A stretch of DNA of 64,000 bases, from positions 320,001 through 384,000 of the forward strand of contig CAWGYA010000002.1 in the NCBI GenBank assembly GCA_963826715.1. The letters run 5' to 3'. This DNA is from Candidatus Bathyarchaeota archaeon. Its GTDB lineage: Archaea > Thermoproteota > Bathyarchaeia > Bathyarchaeales > Bathycorpusculaceae. Shown in pieces: positions 60,961 through 64,000 of the stretch. Made by a program: the position numbers and the translations under genes. How positions within the stretch are numbered: the first letter of the stretch is position 1; every line of letters begins with the position of its first letter. The notes beneath the pieces are model-generated. The model made no database searches and was not told the DNA's origin. It saw only the letters and a program-made list of their open reading frames with translations.

Positions 60961-61686
60961 CTAAATGCTTGTTTTTCCGATTTCTTTAACGTAGACGACA
61001 ACTGGGGGTTCAGGTAGTTTTGTGGCCGTGTTACTGACTTGTTCCGCATAGACCTTGTTTGCAATTGGTTTGGGTGCCATTTGGGATTGCTCGCCCAAAA
61101 GCACACTTGAAAGCCTACTTTTTGTCAGTTCAAAATCAGTTTTTTCTGAGGTTGCGCGTCGAAGTGTTTCTTGGAGTAAACCAAAGGCTACTTTGTAGTT
61201 TTCTTCGTCAACTTTGCCGATCTCATGCTCAATTTCTAAGTTAGCAATCGCGTAACTTAGTGAGGTGATTTCTTCTTCACATCTTTCGATTTCTATTGCG
61301 GATTCGTCAATGATAACTTGGGCTTCTTTTTTGAGTTGGGAAAGGACGCTTTCGAAGCTGCTGTGAAGATCCTGGTAGATTTCAGGGGTGATTTTCTTTT
61401 TGTCTACTAGGTCCTTTAGGGCTTCATCTTTGCGCCAGATTAGGGGAATATGATCACAAAGTACACCTGCTTGTGATTTGATTTTTGATATAAATGTAAT
61501 TTCAGCGCCACCAAAACATAAGCTTTCCATGGGCTGTTTTGAGAATTGACCGTCGCCAAATTCAATGTATACTGCGTCGAATTTGCCGTTTGGTGAGAGT
61601 GCGAAGGAAGCAACTTTACCGATTATACGTCCGTATTCGTTCTTAATGGGTTTACCGATAGAAAGAAAAAGATTGGAGTTAGACAT
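60961..61686 (-). CDS. cdvA: cell division protein CdvA
   Basis: PRC-barrel N-terminus (IGK.IK.EYGR.IG), coiled coil, C-terminal PEPPVVVYV ESCRT-III-binding-like strand. Confidence 0.9.
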   Translation of the reverse strand: MSNSNLFLSIGKPIKNEYGRIIGKVASFALSPNGKFDAVYIEFGDGQFSKQPMESLCFGGAEITFISKIKSQAGVLCDHIPLIWRKDEALKDLVDKKKITPEIYQDLHSSFESVLSQLKKEAQVIIDESAIEIERCEEEITSLSYAIANLEIEHEIGKVDEENYKVAFGLLQETLRRATSEKTDFELTKSRLSSVLLGEQSQMAPKPIANKVYAEQVSNTATKLPEPPVVVYVKEIGKTSI

Positions 61687-61707
61687 TTTTGTTTTTTCCT
61701 CCTTATC

Positions 61708-62367
61708 TTAGAACGTTGTTTTCTCTGCCTGTGAAGCTGGGGTTGATGGCATTCCTGCGGGTAGATCTGGGAACTTGTCTTTTATCTTCTGCTCTGCAAC
61801 TGTTGCTGCTTCGGTGAGTATCTTTGATGCATCTTCGTTAACAGTGTCGAAGTTTAGTGTCATACCGCTGCCTTGGCCTGCTTCAATCATGATTCCGCTG
61901 AGCATGTTACCTATTTCGCCAAGTTCATTTTCGGCTTCTGGGAATACACTTACTAAACCTGCTCTGACCGAACGTAGCACACCGACGGCTGGGCCGAGTG
62001 TTGAGACTACGTCACCTAATTCTGAGACTGTTCGTAATCTTAATGTGATCTGTTCTAAGGCTAGTTTAGCATTCATGATTAATTTTGACATTTTTCTAAC
62101 TTCAGCTAGTTCGTTGGCGAAAACATTGGCACGTGCACTATCATGTTTTGTATATGCGTCGACAATGCGGGCGAAGATCGCTTTGTCTCGTTGGCTGAAT
62201 CTTTCGTTTGCTTGATCTAATTTTTGAACTTGGAGTTCGATACGTCTGACGGCGAAGTCAAGGCGTGGTTTAAGTGGACCCGGTGGCTTTACTGCATCTT
62301 TAATACGGTCCCCGAATGCTTGTTCATCACGTTTTGCTTCCCACTTTTTAGCGAATCTTTCTGACAA
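61708..62367 (-). CDS. ESCRT-III CdvB paralog (CdvB1/2-like, Snf7)
   Basis: PLKPRL...KLD...RD..IF...ANELAEVRKM..ALEQI.LRL.TV.ELGD; FPDLP C-terminus. Confidence 0.93.
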   Translation of the reverse strand: MSERFAKKWEAKRDEQAFGDRIKDAVKPPGPLKPRLDFAVRRIELQVQKLDQANERFSQRDKAIFARIVDAYTKHDSARANVFANELAEVRKMSKLIMNAKLALEQITLRLRTVSELGDVVSTLGPAVGVLRSVRAGLVSVFPEAENELGEIGNMLSGIMIEAGQGSGMTLNFDTVNEDASKILTEAATVAEQKIKDKFPDLPAGMPSTPASQAEKTTF

Positions 62368-62593
62368 TTTGATTACCTCTATTCAGGCGTAGAGTGTAGG
62401 AAAATGAATTATACATTGTTAATATGTTGGAAATATGTAGGTATATATGTACGGATATACGTCGCGTCAAATTGTCAATGAAGATTTAAATTTTGCAGTT
62501 AAACATGGGCTTGATGCTTGTTGTTTTAGACATAAACATGTTAGTTACACTAAAAAGAAGCGTTAACGCATCGGTTAATAAAAGGTGAATTAA

Positions 62594-62818
62594 ATGAACA
62601 GTAGATTGAAAGTATTCGGTATAATAGCCATTTTGGGTTTCCTCGCAGGTGTAATCGCACAACTTACTGCAACAGTCGTTCTACCATGGCTCGTAACTAT
62701 TTTGCCTCTGCTTGGCGGCGCTACAAACTATCTCATTTCCGGGTTTGCAGGCGCATGCTTAACTGTCGCTCTTGTCAGCGTTTGGGTGTACATGACAGGC
62801 AAAAAAGACCCCTACTAA
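62594..62818 (+). CDS. small 2-TM membrane protein
   Basis: SD AGGTGA, two hydrophobic helices; divergent from the cdv operon. Confidence 0.75.
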   Translation: MNSRLKVFGIIAILGFLAGVIAQLTATVVLPWLVTILPLLGGATNYLISGFAGACLTVALVSVWVYMTGKKDPY

Positions 62819-63117
62819 ACACAATAAATTCCTTCCGCCTCTTTCTTTCCCAAAATATAAATCACCATTTATTTGTTTAAAAATGAGTTTGAGGAATTAT
62901 AGTGGTGTTTTCGTTGTTGGTTGAGATTATGTCAGTTACAATTTTTCCTGTTTGTCCACTAATAACTGAGCCTATTATTAGATAGTTTTAGACTCACTTA
63001 TGCGACATATTGTATGTTGCTAGTTGATAGTGTAAATAATCCATTGCTTTCTCTTTCCTATTCTTAAAATAGTTGAAAATTATAGAAAAAAATTAAAAAC
63101 TTGCTAGAAAAAATTTT

Positions 63118-63675
63118 TTATTGACCGTTTTCTTCAGGCACAAATACAGCCGCCGCAACAGTTGTCGTCCAAAGACCGTTTTTATCCCCTGAAGCCGACT
63201 GGGTTATGTTAGCGGTTTTTATGATAAGCCCCGTGGTTTTAAAGAGTTGCTTGCGTTCATCCCAAGCAGTTTCAGAGTCAAACTGGATACCCATAGTTGT
63301 TGCGAGCATGGTGGCAGCGAGATCTTCCGCATAGTCACCCGCAGTTTCATCAGTTTGTCCAAATGAGTGGTGCTCAGATAAATAGCCATATTGATTTTTG
63401 CCGCTAGGAATAGCAACACCGACAGATGACGCCACTAGACGATGGGGTTCGTTGGTTGCATTACGTGCTATGACTACAAATGTAATTTCGCCTGGCTGAA
63501 TCATCTTCAAACCTTTTTCGCGCGTTAAAAGCTCACAGCCGGGGGGTACTATGCTTGATACACTGACTAGATTGCACATTTGAATGCCTGCATCTCGAAG
63601 GGCTAATTCGAAGGATTGGAGTTGCTCTTTGTGTTTCCCAACTCCTTTGGTGAAGAAGAAGTATTTTGGTATCAT
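63118..63675 (-). CDS. pdaD: pyruvoyl-dependent arginine decarboxylase
   Basis: [21 protein letters not shown] (SS cleavage site), GYLSEHH, AEDLAA.MLA. Confidence 0.94.
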   Translation of the reverse strand: MIPKYFFFTKGVGKHKEQLQSFELALRDAGIQMCNLVSVSSIVPPGCELLTREKGLKMIQPGEITFVVIARNATNEPHRLVASSVGVAIPSGKNQYGYLSEHHSFGQTDETAGDYAEDLAATMLATTMGIQFDSETAWDERKQLFKTTGLIIKTANITQSASGDKNGLWTTTVAAAVFVPEENGQ

Positions 63676-63912
63676 ATTTGGTTTCGGAAAATATGGATTA
63701 CAGTATTCATTTATTAGGGTTTTGTTTAAAAATTAAACTCTGACATCCAATCTTTAAACCGTTTTCTCGGGTTATCTTTTGTATTTTTGGCGACTAAACA
63801 CCAATAAAAATGGAGAAGTATTTTTGCTTTAGTTTTAAGTTAAACCTTAATAGTCGTCAATTTGAAAGGTAATATCTAAAGTAGTTGTAATAACTACTAA
63901 GGACGTAACCTG

Positions 63913-64000
63913 TTGCCCCATCAAACCGTATTCAAAGATGAAACGAAACTAGACATAAACTTCATACCGCTGAGACTACCCCATCGAGAAACTCAACAAA
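63913..64000 (+). CDS. cdc6: Orc1/Cdc6 replication initiator, 5' fragment
   Basis: TTG start, MPHQTVFKDETKLDINFIPLRLPHRE matches the Cdc6 N-terminal VFK....L...(Y/F).P..LPHRE motif. Confidence 0.85.
   Translation, partial: MPHQTVFKDETKLDINFIPLRLPHRETQQ

Noticed and set aside
62820-63912. Replication origin next to cdc6
   Set aside because: AT-rich, but no recognisable ORB (TCCA..GAA plus G-string) repeats.

Overview
Archaeal chromosomal window, most consistent with Bathyarchaeia (TACK): Cdv/ESCRT-III operon, archaeal ribosomal proteins, Nre, PQQ-propeller surface proteins and a Bathyarchaeia-style integrase C-terminus. Core genes include rps12-rps7, nre, a metal ABC transporter, superoxide reductase, DNA ligase, ino1, PGI/PMI, rpl12, lipS1/lipS2, pyrD/pyrK, cdvB-cdvA-cdvB-cdvC, pdaD and the start of cdc6, plus three intron-less tRNAs (Asp, Arg, Ile). 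The main structures not shown by the ORF track are: (1) a ~15.8-kb island integrated in the 5' end of tRNA-Arg(TCG), bounded by an exact 19-bp repeat, with a decayed tyrosine integrase, signalling genes and two PQQ-propeller genes; (2) a ~180-bp structured repeat downstream of each of those PQQ genes; (3) a ~1.46-kb transposase-less element with terminal inverted repeats and a 13-15-bp duplication of the rpl12 3' end (casposon-like architecture); (4) a cdvB whose conserved N-terminus has no canonical start (SD + ACG, and in frame with the cdvA amber stop); (5) two unannotated micro-ORFs. Several single-base frameshifts, including one in pyrD, suggest uncorrected indel errors, so single-base claims need read support. 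All assignments come from motif recognition by eye; no database searches were run.
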